From contig CAWEYG010000006.1 in the NCBI GenBank assembly GCA_963813155.1, forward strand, positions 32,001-96,000: DNA of 64,000 nt, in the 5' to 3' direction. The notes beneath the pieces were generated by a model. That model saw only the letters and a program-made list of their open reading frames with translations. It ran no database searches and was not told the origin of the DNA. Of this stretch, positions 51,381-63,178 are shown piece after piece. Positions within the stretch are counted from its first letter, which is position 1; every line of letters starts with the position of its first letter. Both the position numbers and the translations under genes were made by a program. The stretch comes from an uncultured Acidobacteriota bacterium (GTDB lineage: Bacteria; Acidobacteriota; Thermoanaerobaculia; UBA5066; DATFVB01).

Positions 51381-51965
51381 ATGCGGGTGAGGCTCTTGCT
51401 GGTTGCGTCGTTGTTGGTCCTGGTTTCCTGCGGCGCTCCGCGGGAAACGGAGAATCGCGGCCCGGGTGCCGCCGCCCATCCCCGGGCCTACATGCCCCCG
51501 GCCGACGGCCGCCTGACGGAGGCACAGGTCGCGAAATACGTGGCGTTTCTCCAAAACCGGGCGCGGCTCTCTCCGGCGGAGGCCGATTCCGAGGGCGAAT
51601 CCCGGGTCGACCGCGAGGCCGAGGCGGCCCGTTCCCTCGGGGTCAATCCCGACGAAATCCGCTGGATCGGCCAGAAAGTGCTGGAAGCCAGGATCCGGAT
51701 CGCCGAAAAAGAGGCCGACCGGCGAAATCTGGACACCTACCGCGCGACGCTCGTCTCGCTCCGAAAAGCGCTCGACGCCTCGACGGACCCGGCGACCCGT
51801 TCGACGGTTTCTCGCCAGATCGGCGAGCTCGAAAAGGAGTCGGCGGAAATCGAGCGGTCGCTGCGCCGGCCGACGGAGAGGGTGCTCGCCTCCAACCAGG
51901 CGCTCGTCCTCCACTATCGGGTCGATCTGGACGCCGCGCGCGGCATCCTGCCGGCCTCCCATTGA
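51381..51965 (+). CDS. Hypothetical lipoprotein
   Basis: Lipobox LVSC after a hydrophobic stretch; helical body. Confidence 0.65.
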   Translation: MRVRLLLVASLLVLVSCGAPRETENRGPGAAAHPRAYMPPADGRLTEAQVAKYVAFLQNRARLSPAEADSEGESRVDREAEAARSLGVNPDEIRWIGQKVLEARIRIAEKEADRRNLDTYRATLVSLRKALDASTDPATRSTVSRQIGELEKESAEIERSLRRPTERVLASNQALVLHYRVDLDAARGILPASH

Positions 51966-52981
51966 ACGGGCTGGTCGATTTCCTGGAACGCGAGGTCGAG
52001 CGCGGGAGCTTTCCCTCCGGCACGGCGCTCGTCGGAAGCGGCGAAGAGATCCTCGGAGTCGGGTCGGCCGGCTGCGGGCCCGAAACCGTTTTCGACCTGG
52101 CTTCCCTGACGAAGGTCCTCGCGACCGCCGCCGCGGCGACGCTTGCCGTGCGCGAGGGTCTCGCGTGGGACCGCCCGATCGGGGAATACCTCTCCGATTT
52201 CCGCCGCACGAGATTCGACGGAATTCGCGTGAGCGACCTCGCGACGCATACCTCCGGACTCCCGGCCTGGCGCCCGCTCTACGCCTCCGGATTCGGCGCC
52301 GCTGCGTACCGGAAGGCCCTCGCGGTGCTGGAGCCCGAGTCGAAGCCGGGCGCCCGGGTCGTCTACAGCGACCTCGGGACGCTCGTCTTCGGCGAGATCC
52401 TCGAGGCGGCGCTCTCCGAGTCCCTCGACCGGATCTTCGACCGGGAAATCGCTCCCGCCGCCGGGGCGCGCGCCCGGTTCGGACCGCTGCCGGCCGGTTC
52501 CGACGTCGCGCCCACCGAGGAGGGCAACCGTTTCGAGAAGAAGATGTGCGAAGAGCTCGGGATTCGCTTCGACGGATTTCGCACCGGGATGATCCTCGGG
52601 GAGGTCCACGACGGAAACGCGTTCTACCGCGGCGGCGTCGCGGCCCACGCCGGCCTGTTCGGCACGGCGGAGGACGTCTGGAAGCTCGCGCGCCCCTGGC
52701 TTTCGCGTCACCGCGAATTCGCGGCGGACCGGACGCCGGATCTGTCCGAATCGCGGGGGCTTTTCTGGCAGCTCAAGCGCGGGGCCGGCTCGGCGATCGA
52801 AGAATTCGGAAAGGACGCGTTCGGCCATACGGGGTTCACCGGAACGTCCGTCTGGGCGGATCCGGAAAGCGAACGGATCTTCGTGCTGCTCACGAATCGC
52901 GTTCACCCGGAAGTGAAGCCGTCCGACTTCAACGAGGTCCGGCGGCGATTTCACGAGGCTGCCATAGACTGGGGAACCTGA
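51962..52981 (+). CDS. Serine hydrolase, beta-lactamase class C-like family
   Basis: FDLASLTK (SxxK), THTSGL, YSD, HAGLF, GHTGFTG. Confidence 0.9.
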   Translation: MNGLVDFLEREVERGSFPSGTALVGSGEEILGVGSAGCGPETVFDLASLTKVLATAAAATLAVREGLAWDRPIGEYLSDFRRTRFDGIRVSDLATHTSGLPAWRPLYASGFGAAAYRKALAVLEPESKPGARVVYSDLGTLVFGEILEAALSESLDRIFDREIAPAAGARARFGPLPAGSDVAPTEEGNRFEKKMCEELGIRFDGFRTGMILGEVHDGNAFYRGGVAAHAGLFGTAEDVWKLARPWLSRHREFAADRTPDLSESRGLFWQLKRGAGSAIEEFGKDAFGHTGFTGTSVWADPESERIFVLLTNRVHPEVKPSDFNEVRRRFHEAAIDWGT

Positions 52982-53000
52982 GAGACAAGGAGTCGTCCCG

Positions 53001-54188
53001 ATGAAGCCGGAAAAGGAAATCGTCATCCTCGAGGGGGCCCGCACGCCGATGGCCGATTACAACGGCGTCTTCTCCGACGTCTCCGCGATCGACCTCGGAG
53101 TCGAAGCGGGGAAGGAAGCGATGCGCCGCTCGAAGACGGATCCGTCCGAGATCGGGCACGTCATCTTCGGAAACGTCATTCAGTCCTCTCCCGACGCGGC
53201 CTACGGCGCGCGGCACGTCGGGTTGAAGGCGGGAGTGCCGAAGGAAGTTCCGGCGGTCACGGTCAACCGGCTGTGCGGCTCGGGCTTTGAGGCGATCGCG
53301 CAGGGCGCCCAGCGGATTCTCCTGGGGGAGACCGAGACCGTCCTCGCGGGCGGGATGGAGAACATGACTCAGGCGCCTCACGTCTTGCGCGGAGCGCGGC
53401 GGGGATTCCGGCTCGGCGGTGCGAAGCTCGAGGATTCGCTCTTCGAGGCTCTGCTCGACACCTACTGCGGCCTGATGATGGCGCAGACCTCGGATCGGAT
53501 CGCGAAGAAATACGGGCTCACGCGCCAGGAGCAGGACGAGTTCGCGCTCGAGTCGCAGAAGCGCGCCGCCGCGGCGCAGGCGGCCGGGAAGTTCCGGGAG
53601 GAAATCGTTCCGGTGGCCGTACCCGGCCGGAAGGGGCCCCAGACGATCGCGGAAGACAATTCGCTTCGGCCCGACACGTCGCTCGAAGCGCTCTCGAAAT
53701 TGAAGGCGTCGTTCGGCGAAGGAGGGATGGTCACCGCGGGAAACGCATCCGGAATCGTCGACGGCGCCGCGGCGGTCGTCGTCTCGTCCGGGCGCCGCGC
53801 GAAGGAGAAGGGGATTGCTCCGATCGGCAGAATCGTCTCCTGGGGCGTCGTCGGCTGCGAGCCGGAGCTGATGGGGATCGGCCCGGCCCCGGCCTCGCGA
53901 AAGGCGCTCGACCTGGCGGGGCTCAAAATCTCGGACATCGATCTCTGGGAAATCAACGAGGCCTTTGCCGGCCAGATCCTCGGCGTCGTGAAGGAGCTCG
54001 GCCTCGACCGCGCGAAATTGAACGTCAACGGCGGCGCGATCGCGCTCGGCCACCCTCTCGGCGCGACGGGGGCGCGGCTCGTGCTGACCCTCCTGAAGGA
54101 GCTCCGGCGCAGCGGAAAACGTCTCGGCCTGGCCGGCGCGTGCATCGGGGGAGGGCAGGGGTTCGCGATGATCCTCGAGTCCGCATAG
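53001..54188 (+). CDS. Acetyl-CoA acyltransferase (thiolase)
   Basis: VNRLCGSG, NEAFA, GHPLGATG, CIGGGQG. Confidence 0.96.
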   Translation: MKPEKEIVILEGARTPMADYNGVFSDVSAIDLGVEAGKEAMRRSKTDPSEIGHVIFGNVIQSSPDAAYGARHVGLKAGVPKEVPAVTVNRLCGSGFEAIAQGAQRILLGETETVLAGGMENMTQAPHVLRGARRGFRLGGAKLEDSLFEALLDTYCGLMMAQTSDRIAKKYGLTRQEQDEFALESQKRAAAAQAAGKFREEIVPVAVPGRKGPQTIAEDNSLRPDTSLEALSKLKASFGEGGMVTAGNASGIVDGAAAVVVSSGRRAKEKGIAPIGRIVSWGVVGCEPELMGIGPAPASRKALDLAGLKISDIDLWEINEAFAGQILGVVKELGLDRAKLNVNGGAIALGHPLGATGARLVLTLLKELRRSGKRLGLAGACIGGGQGFAMILESA

Positions 54189-54195
54189 GCGGATC

Positions 54196-54492
54196 GTGGA
54201 GTTCAGCGCCCGTCTTCTCGACTTTCCGGTGCGGACCGCCGCCGTCGCCTCGTTCCTCGCGGATCTGAAGGCGAAGGGGATCGGCGACATCGGAGCTCTC
54301 CAGGCGGTGATCGGCGACGCGGCGCTGTGGGACGATCTTCTTGGGTTCTGGCTCGACCGGGCGTGGGTCCGCCCGGCGCCGCATTCGCCGATCCACCTGT
54401 TTCCCGGAGAGAACTTCGATTCGAATCTGACGCTGCGCGAATTCTGCGGGGAAGATTTCGAGTCGGAAACGGATGAGCCGGTTTCGGAGTAG
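54196..54492 (+). CDS. Small hypothetical protein
   Basis: 98-aa ORF filling the gap in the operon, GC-rich codon usage. Confidence 0.5.
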   Translation: MEFSARLLDFPVRTAAVASFLADLKAKGIGDIGALQAVIGDAALWDDLLGFWLDRAWVRPAPHSPIHLFPGENFDSNLTLREFCGEDFESETDEPVSE

Positions 54493-54537
54493 TGCTAAAT
54501 TCCACCTCTTGCGGATCAGAAGGAGCCGAGTTTGACG

Positions 54538-55398
54538 ATGAAGAAGGTCGGAGTCCTGGGATGCGGGCTCATGGGGTCGGGAATCGCGGAGGTCTGCGCG
54601 AAGGCCGGCTACGAAACGGTCGTCCGGGAGGTCGATGAGGCGTTCCTCAAGAAGGGCCTCTCCCGGATCGAGGGCTCGCTCGCGCGCGCCGTCGAAAAGG
54701 GAAAGTTGAAGCCCGAGGAAAAGGCCGCGATGAAGCTCTCGGGCACGACGAAGCTCGAGGACCTGAAGGATTGCGACATCATCCTCGAGGCGATCATCGA
54801 AAATCTGGACCTCAAGAAAGAGACCTACGCGACGCTCGACCGGACCTGCAAATCGGAGACGATCTTCTGCTCGAACACGTCCTCGCTCACGATCATCGAA
54901 ATGTCGATGGCGACGAAACGAGCCGATCGGTTCGCCGGACTGCATTTCTTCAATCCCGTCCCGGTGATGAAGCTGGTCGAGGTCGTCCAGACGATTCTGA
55001 CGTCCGCCGCGACGCAGAAGGCCGTCTTCGAGTTCGCGAAATCGCTCGGCAAAGAACCGATCGCCGCCCGCGACAACTCGGGCTTCATCGTGAACCGCCT
55101 TCTCGTTCCCTACCTGCTCGACGCGATCCGCGCGCTCGAGGAAGGCGTCGGCTCGGTGGAGGACATCGACAAGGGGATGCAGCTCGGCTGCGCGTATCCG
55201 ATGGGCCCGTTCACCCTGCTCGACTTCGTCGGGATCGACACGGCGTATTACATCAGCGAGATCATGTTCACCGAGTACCGGGAGAAGCGCTTCGCTCCTC
55301 CTCCCCTCATGAAGAAGATGGTCCTCGCCGGGCTGTTCGGGAAAAAGACCGGCAAGGGATTCTACGAGTACGACGAGAAGGGCAACCGGAAAGGCTAG
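54538..55398 (+). CDS. hbd: 3-hydroxybutyryl-CoA dehydrogenase
   Basis: GCGLMGSGIA, EAIIE, SNTSS, LHFFNPVP, GFIVNRL, PMGP. Confidence 0.92.
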   Translation: MKKVGVLGCGLMGSGIAEVCAKAGYETVVREVDEAFLKKGLSRIEGSLARAVEKGKLKPEEKAAMKLSGTTKLEDLKDCDIILEAIIENLDLKKETYATLDRTCKSETIFCSNTSSLTIIEMSMATKRADRFAGLHFFNPVPVMKLVEVVQTILTSAATQKAVFEFAKSLGKEPIAARDNSGFIVNRLLVPYLLDAIRALEEGVGSVEDIDKGMQLGCAYPMGPFTLLDFVGIDTAYYISEIMFTEYREKRFAPPPLMKKMVLAGLFGKKTGKGFYEYDEKGNRKG

Positions 55399-55407
55399 GA
55401 GGCGACC

Positions 55408-55908
55408 ATGGCGAAGAGGGACTCCATCCTGCACGTTCTCGACCGGGAAGCCCCGGCGACGTCCAAAGCGCTCTCGCGCGCGCCGCTCGACCGGGCGGAC
55501 TGGAAGCCGCATCCGAAATCGATGTCGCTCGGCCATCTCGTGGGATGGATCGCGGGGGCTCCGGGCTGGGCTGCGGGCGCGATTGGACAGGACGGGTTCG
55601 ACGTTTCGAAGTTTCAGCCGCTGCCGGCGCCGAAGACGGCGGCCGGCGCGGTGGAGACCTACGAAGCCGGGCTCGCGGCCGCGCGGAAGGCCCTCGAGCG
55701 GCTCGACGACGCGGCGATGGACGGGAGCTGGAGCTTCCGGCTCGGCGACAAGGCGCTGAATACGATCACGCGGTTCGACGCCGCGTCGCTGTTTCTCGTT
55801 TTCGACGCGATTCACCACCGCGGCCAGCTGTCGGTGTTTCTGCGGCTGCTCGACGTTCCCGTGCCGTCGATCTACGGACCGAGCGCGGACGACAACCCGT
55901 TTTTCTGA
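55408..55908 (+). CDS. DinB family protein
   Basis: WKPHPKSMSLG, IHHRGQLSVFLRLLDVPVPSIYGPSAD. Confidence 0.88.
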   Translation: MAKRDSILHVLDREAPATSKALSRAPLDRADWKPHPKSMSLGHLVGWIAGAPGWAAGAIGQDGFDVSKFQPLPAPKTAAGAVETYEAGLAAARKALERLDDAAMDGSWSFRLGDKALNTITRFDAASLFLVFDAIHHRGQLSVFLRLLDVPVPSIYGPSADDNPFF

Positions 55909-55918
55909 GGAGTCCCCG

Positions 55919-56695
55919 ATGAGCTTCGTTCGAACCGAGACCTCCGACCGCATCGCGGTCCTCACGATCGACCGCCAGGAAAAGCTGAACGCGCTCAATT
56001 CCGAGGTCCTGACCGACCTGGACGCGGCGCTCGACGCGGCGCGGGCGAATTCGGAAGTCGGTGCGGTCGTGATCACCGGGGCGGGGCCGAAGGCTTTCGT
56101 CGCGGGGGCGGACATCGGCGAGCTCTCGAAGATGACGCCGATCACCGGCCGGATGCACGCTCTTCGCGGCCAGGCGGTGTTTTCGAAGATCGAGACCCTC
56201 GGAAAGCCGGTCATCGCGGCGATCAACGGTTTCGCGCTCGGGGGCGGGTGCGAGCTCGCTCTCGCGTGCACCCTCCGCGTCGCCGCCGAGAACGCGAAGC
56301 TCGGCCAGCCGGAAGTCAAGCTCGGGATCCTTCCCGGTTATGGCGGCTCCCAGCGGCTCGCCCGGATCGTCGGGAAGGGGCGCGCGATGGAGATCTGCCT
56401 GACGGCGGAGCCGATCTCGGCCGAAGAAGCCCACCGGATCGGGCTCGTGAACCGGATCGTTCCGGCCGGGCAGGCGCTCGCCGCCGCGCGCGAGATCGCG
56501 GGCAAGATCCTCGCGAACGGCCCTCTCGCCGTCGCGTACACGATGGAAGCGATTCATCATGGGCTCGACCTGCCCCTGGAAGACGGTCTCCTGCTCGAGG
56601 CGACGCTGTTCGGCCTCTGCGCCTCGAGCGCCGACATGAAGGAGGGGATGGCCGCGTTTCTCGAGAAAAGGCCCGCGCGCTTCGAGGGAAGGTGA
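55919..56695 (+). CDS. Enoyl-CoA hydratase (crotonase)
   Basis: AFVAGADI, GFALGGGCELA, GQPEVKLG.PGYGG. Confidence 0.94.
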   Translation: MSFVRTETSDRIAVLTIDRQEKLNALNSEVLTDLDAALDAARANSEVGAVVITGAGPKAFVAGADIGELSKMTPITGRMHALRGQAVFSKIETLGKPVIAAINGFALGGGCELALACTLRVAAENAKLGQPEVKLGILPGYGGSQRLARIVGKGRAMEICLTAEPISAEEAHRIGLVNRIVPAGQALAAAREIAGKILANGPLAVAYTMEAIHHGLDLPLEDGLLLEATLFGLCASSADMKEGMAAFLEKRPARFEGR

Positions 56696-57964
56696 GCTAT
56701 TACCGGGGCGTGAAGCTGGCCGGCTTCGCGCGCAGGCACCTGGGAAAGATGAGCAGCGGGCGAAAGGCCGTGATGGCGCACCTCGCGTCTCCCCGCCCGG
56801 ACAATCTCCCGCTGCCGACGTTCGTCCAGCTTCGGGTGACGAATCTCTGCAACCTCCGCTGCAAGATGTGCGGACAGTGGGGCGACACCGGGATCTACCG
56901 GACCGACGGCTTCTCCGCCTCGGCGACCGACGGCCGCGCGGAGCAGGCGCGAATCCGGGAATTGATCGGCGCGAAACGCCAGCTCTCGCTTTCCGACTAC
57001 GTCTCGCTCCTCGACGAGCTCGAAGCCGTCGAGCCCGATCGTCAGCCTCTTCGGCGGAGAGCCGCTGCTCTATCCGGAGATTCTGCCGCTCGTTCGCGAG
57101 ATCAAGGCCCGGAAAATGACGTGCTCCATCATCACGAACGGCGGAAAACTCGAGGCCTATGCGCGGGAGCTCGTCGAGTCGGGCATCGATCTCATCGCGG
57201 TCTCGATCGACGGGCCTCCCGAGGTTCACGACCGGATTCGCGGCCAGGCCGGGGCCTACGAAAAAGCCGAAGCGGGAATCCGGGCGATCGCCCGGTGGCG
57301 GTCGAAGCTCCGGCGGGCGCTCCCGATGCTCGTCGGCATCCTCCCGGTGACCGAGCTCAACCTGGGCTCGATTGCGCCGGCGATCGAATCGCTGCGGAAG
57401 CTTCCGATCGACACGATCAACGTGGGCCTCCGGTGGTTCGTGCCGAAGGAAGCGGGCGCCGATTACGAATCGGTGATGCGGGAGACGTTCGGCATCGAAG
57501 CGACCTCGTGGAAGGGATTCGACTTCGACTGGTCGAAGGCCGGCGCGGGAAAGACGCGCCAGATGACCGATCTCGTGAAGCTCCTGAAGGGCCTCAAGCG
57601 CCGCCGCTTCTGGGATTCCGCGCGCGGCCTGCCCTGGACCTCGTTCGTGCCGAACGTTCCGGTGGAAAAGGTGCCCGAATACTTTTCCGACTCCCGGCAG
57701 ACCTTCGGCCACAACCTCTGCCCGGTGGCCTGGTACTTCGCCCAGGTCGAGCCGGGCGGCGAAGTCTGTTTCTGCGGGGACTTTCCCGACTACTTCATCG
57801 GCAACGTGCGCGAACGGCCGTTCGGGGAGATCTGGAGGGGCGAAAAGGCCTGGAAGTTCCGAGAAAAGCTGGCGAAGGAGCCGCTGCCGATCTGCAGCCG
57901 CTGCTGCGGAAACTTCGTCTACGGCAAGTGGGACCGGCCGGCCTCTCCGCCCCAGAACCTGTAG
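56692..57964 (+). CDS. Radical SAM protein with Twitch/SPASM-like domain (frameshift near 57035)
   Basis: TNLCNLRCKMC, SLFGGEPL, ITNG, VSIDG, C-terminal LCPVAW...CFC...CSRCC. Confidence 0.88.
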
Positions 57965-58857
57965 AAGTTGAACCACTGGGTGGGATCGCCCCGCACGGCC
58001 TGCTCGAGGTCCGCGGCGACGCTCGTCATCATCCGCTTCGCGTCTTCGTCGGGCGAGAGGCTCGCGTCGGCTCGAATCGGCGTTCCCCAGGCGTTGCGGT
58101 AGGAGCCGTCCGCATTGCGAAGGAAGAATCCGGGCAGCAGCACGCAATCGCAGAATCGCGCGAGCAGGGCCGACGATCGCAGGAACGGAGTCGCGCGCCC
58201 GAAGTAGGGGACCGCGATCCGATCTTCCGGATAGGCCCGATCGACGAGGAGGGCGACCGCGCGCCCGTTCTCGATCGCCGTCCTCACCTGGAACGCCGTC
58301 GCCATCGACGAGCCGATGTCGATCGACTCGACGCCGAGGCGCCGCCGCAGATGCTGCCGCATTTCGTGCACGCGGGGGTCGAGCTCGGGCTGGCCGACGA
58401 CGGCGGGAGTCAGCCCGTGCCCGCGGAGCGTGACGGCGCCCATCTCCCAGTTGCCGAGGTGGCCGGTGACGAGAAGAAACCCGCGGCCGTCCGGCCGGAC
58501 CTGGGAAAGGATCTCCGCGTCCTGGGCGAACGTCGTGATCTTCGGAGTGAATGCTTCGCTCCGCATGCGCCAGACGTCGATCGTCGATTTTCCGTACTCG
58601 AAGAAGACCCGCCGGGCGAGCGACCGGGCCTCCGCGGGCGTCGCGCCGAGCGCGACACGAAAGTTGTCTTCCATCCCCGCCCGCGTGTCCCGCATCAGCG
58701 CGACCGCGATCGAGTTTCCGAAGTACGAGATTCCGTGGAGGACCGGGAGGGGAAGCCACCGCGCGCCGTAGTGAAGGCCGCCGTAGACGACCGCGTTGGA
58801 GAGGCCGTGGCTGACCCATTTTTTGCGGCCGCGCGGCGCGTTTTCGTTCTCGCGCAT
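57919..58857 (-). CDS. Lipid A lauroyl / lysophospholipid acyltransferase family protein
   Basis: VTGHLGNWE, LLVDR, YFGR, PTQWFNFYRFW. Confidence 0.88.
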   Translation of the reverse strand: MRENENAPRGRKKWVSHGLSNAVVYGGLHYGARWLPLPVLHGISYFGNSIAVALMRDTRAGMEDNFRVALGATPAEARSLARRVFFEYGKSTIDVWRMRSEAFTPKITTFAQDAEILSQVRPDGRGFLLVTGHLGNWEMGAVTLRGHGLTPAVVGQPELDPRVHEMRQHLRRRLGVESIDIGSSMATAFQVRTAIENGRAVALLVDRAYPEDRIAVPYFGRATPFLRSSALLARFCDCVLLPGFFLRNADGSYRNAWGTPIRADASLSPDEDAKRMMTSVAADLEQAVRGDPTQWFNFYRFWGGEAGRSHLP

Positions 58858-58883
58858 CGCGCGCGAATATACAATGCCCCGCG

Positions 58884-60169
58884 ATGAGCGCAGGCTCCAA
58901 CGGAATTCGCGAGGCGGTCGTCATCGGCGCGGGGCCGGGCGGCGCCTCCACGGCCGGCTTCCTGGCTCGCGCGGGCGTCGACGTGCTCGTTCTCGAGAAG
59001 CTCGATTTTCCCCGCTTCAAGATCGGCGAGTCGCTTCTTCCGTATCATTTGCCCCTGCTCGACCGGCTCGGCGTCGGGGAACGCGTGCGGCAGGCGAAGT
59101 TCATGGTCAAGCCGGGGGCCACGTTCCTGGCCGAAGACGCCGGCGGAACGTCGCACCGTGAATTTCGTCCACGGCTGGAACGAAGACCATTCCTTCGCTT
59201 ATCAGGTGCCCCGGGCGGAGTTCGACTCCCTGGTGCTGGACCATGCGCGCGAATGCGGCGCGGAAGTCCGCCACGGCGTCGACGTCAAGAAGGTGATCTT
59301 CGAGGGAAATCGGGCCGTCGGCGTCGAGGCCGTCAATCGATGCCGGAGAGCGCGAGGAGATTCGCGCGCGCGTCGTCGTCGACGCCTCCGGAGGAGCGGC
59401 GATCCTTTCGGGCCCGCTCGGCCTCCGCATCCCGTATCCGAAGATGCGGCGCGCCGCCCTTTTTTCGCACTACCGGGGAACGCGCCAGCACCCCGAGGCC
59501 CGCAAGGGGGACATCCTCCTTCCGATCCACAACGACGTCTGGTACTGGCAGATTCCGTTTTCCGACGGGCGGGCGAGCATCGGCGCCGTTTTCGAGCCGG
59601 AGAAGGCCCGCGGCCGGGCGGGCGACACCGAGTCGCTGTTTCGCGACCTCCTCGCGGAATCGCCGGCGATGAGCCACGTGCTCGAGGGGGCCGAACGCGT
59701 GGACGAGATTCGCGGCGCGTCGGACTACTCGTGGCGCTCGCGCGAATTCGCGGGCGACGGCTGGGTCCTCGTCGGCGACGCCGCGGGGTTCCTCGATCCG
59801 ACTTTCTCCACGGGAGTGTTCCTCGCGATGCGGATGGGCGAGAAGGCCTCCGCCGCGATCGCGCGGGCGCTCCAGAAGCGGGGCAGCGTGACTCGACGCG
59901 ACCTGATCCGATACGAAAAGGAGAGCCTCCGGCTCCTGAACGCTTTTCGCCGCTACGTCGAGGCTTTCTACGGCCCCCTTTTCATGAAGACGTTCTGCAC
60001 GCCCGACCCGCCGGACCGGATGCTTCGCGCCGTGACGTCCGTGCTCGCGGGGGGTTACGAGACGCTGCCCCTCTCGGCGAGGATCTGGAACCGGCTCTTC
60101 TTCTTTTCCTACGCGCTCGACCGGCGGGTGACCGCGAGCCAGGAAGCGAAGGCGGCGGAAAAGGGATAA
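58884..60169 (+). CDS. FAD-dependent oxidoreductase, halogenase-like (frameshifts near 59155 and 59340)
   Basis: GAGPGG, FPRFKIGESLLP, YQVPRAEFD, VVDASG, WYWQIP, GDAAGFLDPTFSTGV. Confidence 0.85.
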
Positions 60170-60179
60170 AATATCCCCG

Positions 60180-61449
<1,270 letters not shown>

Positions 61450-62371
61450 TCCGGCCGAGCCGGCGACCGAATTCTTTCGGCGGTTCCTTCCCGGCTACGC
61501 CGACCATCTCTCCGTCGAGCGGGGTCTCTCGAGCCGCACCGTCGAGTCGTACGTCCGCGATCTCGACGGCTTCGGGCGCCACCTCGCGGCCGGGGCGCGA
61601 GCTGCAAGAAGGCCGTCCGGCAGGACCTCGTCCGTTACGTCCAGATCCGCCGCGCAGCGGGCCTCTCGGCCCGCTCGGCCGCGCGTCTCCTCTCCTCGCT
61701 GCGCGGGTTCTTTCGCTATTGCTCCGCGGAAGGCATCGTTTCGGAAGACTCCTCCGCGCAGCTGACGAGCCCGAAAACCTGGTCGGCCCTTCCGCACGTG
61801 CTCTCGCCGAAGGAGATCGACGCGCTGCTGGCGGCGCCGGACGTCGCCACGCCCAGGGGGCTGCGCGACCGCGCGATGATCGAGACGCTCTATGCGTCGG
61901 GCCTGCGGGTCTCCGAGCTCGTGCGGCTCGAGACCGAGCGGGCCGACCTGGACGGGGGAACGCTCCTCGTCGTCGGAAAAGGCAACAAGGAGCGTCTCGT
62001 GCCGGTCGGCCGCGACGCCCGAAAATGGATCGGCCGGTACCTGCGGGAGGCCCGGCCTTCGCTGGACCGGGCCCGGTCGGAATTCCTGTTCCTGACGGGC
62101 CGCGGAGGGCCCATGACGCGCCAGCGCTTCTGGCAGCTGATCGAGCTCTACGCGCGCGCCGCCGGCATCCGGTCCCGGATCTCGCCGCACGTCCTGCGGC
62201 ATTCTTTCGCGACGCACATGCTCGAACACGGCGCCGACCTTCGGTCCGTCCAGATGCTTCTGGGACACGCGGACATCGCGACCACCCAGATCTACACGCA
62301 CGTCTCCCGGACCCGCCTTCGCCAGGTGTACGACGACTTTCATCCGAGGGCGCGATGAGGGAATATCCGGC

Positions 62372-63118
62372 ATGGGAAAAACGTTCTCGGGGCACGTGTC
62401 CATGATCTCGAAAAGTGCGACAAATCGGGCCTTTTTCCGCCTCGGGCTTCTCCTGGCCGCTCTGGGCGCGCTCGCCGAGCCCGCTTTCGCGAAGCTCGCG
62501 ATCTTCAACGACGGCCGCGTCGTGAAGGTCACGGGGTACCACGTGGACGGCGACGACGTTTCCCTCGACCTTCCGGGCGGCGGCGGCTACACGACCTCGA
62601 TCCTGCTCGTGGACCGATTCGTCGACGACGAAGTCGCGCCCCCGCCCGCGCAGGTCCGGGCCCTCCCCCGGGCCGTCGCGGCCGATCTGTCGTACAGGGC
62701 CGCTAGAAAGCCCCTCTTCCAGTCCCGATACGACTCGTTGATCGAGTCGGAGTGCCGGAAGGCGAACCTCGACGCGGCGTTCGTCTCGGCCGTGATCAAG
62801 GCGGAGTCGAACTACGACGCGCGGGCCGTCTCGCGCAAGGGCGCCCGCGGCCTGATGCAGCTGATGCCCTCGACGGCCGCCCGGCTCGGAGTGCGCCGCA
62901 GCTACGACCCGATGTCCAACATCCGCGGGGGGGTCCTGTACCTCAAGGAGCTCGCCGCTCGCTTCGAAAATCAGCCCGCGCTCATTCTCGCGGCCTACAA
63001 CGCCGGCGAGAACGCCGTGGACTCCTACGGCGGCGTGCCGCCGTACAGGGAGACCGTGGAATACGTCGAGCGGATCCTGAAGTGGTGGTCGCCCGCCTCC
63101 GGATCCCCGTCCGTGTAG
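62372..63118 (+). CDS. Lytic transglycosylase (SLT domain)
   Basis: VIKAESNY, GARGLMQLMP, AAYNAG, ETVEYV. Confidence 0.92.
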   Translation: MGKTFSGHVSMISKSATNRAFFRLGLLLAALGALAEPAFAKLAIFNDGRVVKVTGYHVDGDDVSLDLPGGGGYTTSILLVDRFVDDEVAPPPAQVRALPRAVAADLSYRAARKPLFQSRYDSLIESECRKANLDAAFVSAVIKAESNYDARAVSRKGARGLMQLMPSTAARLGVRRSYDPMSNIRGGVLYLKELAARFENQPALILAAYNAGENAVDSYGGVPPYRETVEYVERILKWWSPASGSPSV

Positions 63119-63178
63119 AATCGCCTTCGTGCCGACCCGTAAAGCGCCCGCCTCCGTTCCGACCGGGCGGCGCATCGA

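Noticed and set aside
47866-51525. 1219-aa ORF
   Set aside because: Only the last 552 codons (TPR protein from ATG 49521) are real; the rest overlaps the kinase in another frame.
51962-52981. Antibiotic-resistance beta-lactamase
   Set aside because: No signal peptide; YSD and HTG motifs fit the broad esterase/serine-hydrolase family.
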